This document shows, in pieces, positions 32,744-32,971 of a DNA stretch of 32,971 nt (its first letter is position 1; the number at the start of each line of letters is the position of its first letter). Where the stretch lies: IMG/VR virus record IMGVR_UViG_2541047885_000016. One strand, 5' to 3'. A program made the position numbers and the translations under genes. The DNA is from a virus. Taxonomy: Duplodnaviria > Heunggongvirae > Uroviricota > Caudoviricetes. The notes below the pieces were generated by a model. That model made no database searches. It had not been told where the DNA came from and saw only the letters and a program-made list of their open reading frames with translations.

Positions 32744-32971
32744 TGAACCGCCCCGGGTTTCCTGGAGAGTGTTTTATCTGTGAACTCAGGCTGCCAGATC
32801 ATCGTTTCCGATGGAAGCATAATAAGCTTTTTCTGCTTCTGCCGGAGGAGTATGGCCCAGCCTTTCCAGCAATCGTCGATTGTTATACCAGTCCACCCAC
32901 GTGAGTGTGGCCAGTTCCACTTCTGCACGGTTTTTCCAGCTCTTACGGTGTATTACCTCCGCTTTGTAAAG
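32744..32971 (-). mobile_element. IS3-family insertion sequence (IS629/IS1203-like), one end only; continues beyond the window
   Basis: Terminal inverted repeat TGAACCGCCCCGGGTTTCCTGGAGAGTGTTTTATCTGTGAACTCA starting at 32744 (TG...CA type end); internal transposase 3' end; matches the IS629 end as recalled. Confidence 0.8.
32786..32971 (-). CDS. IS3-family transposase OrfB, C-terminal 61 codons (partial)
   Basis: Hand-translated minus-strand frame LYKAEVIHRKSWKNRAEVELATLTWVDWYNNRRLLERLGHTPPAEAEKAYYASIGNDDLAA-stop (stop at 32786..32788); no Met in the window, so absent from the ORF track. Confidence 0.8.
   Translation of the reverse strand, partial: LYKAEVIHRKSWKNRAEVELATLTWVDWYNNRRLLERLGHTPPAEAEKAYYASIGNDDLAA

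Overview
This window is about 31 kb of a lambda-family prophage lying next to the host MFS transporter gene ydfJ (a Qin-like locus). No convincing novel multi-gene system was found; the prophage is largely intact but looks defective. Almost all phage genes run on the minus strand. From right to left: a late antiterminator Q gene split by an IS629-like IS3-family element; a short late-promoter/terminator unit; a moron region rich in cold-shock genes (cspF, cspB, cspI, ynfN, gnsB, plus ydfO/ynfO); a P21-type lysis cassette (pinholin, DUF1327 gene, SAR endolysin, nested Rz/Rz1); the lambda-type cos site; a near-complete lambda-like head and tail operon (Nu1, A, W, B, C, D, E, FI, FII, Z, U, V, G/G-T, H, M, L, K, I, J, lom, stf); three atypical genes distal to stf; a Pin-type DNA invertase; and ydfK. 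J has lost most of its C-terminal receptor-binding region, with the remnant left out of frame. No CRISPR array, tRNA or rRNA was seen. The least explained pieces are the three genes distal to stf (a 93-aa acidic protein, a 234-aa fibre-like protein with a putative S74 chaperone domain, a 97-aa membrane protein) and several hand-translated tiny ORFs with good ribosome-binding sites. All homology statements rest on reading the six-frame translations and on recalled reference sequences; no database search was run.
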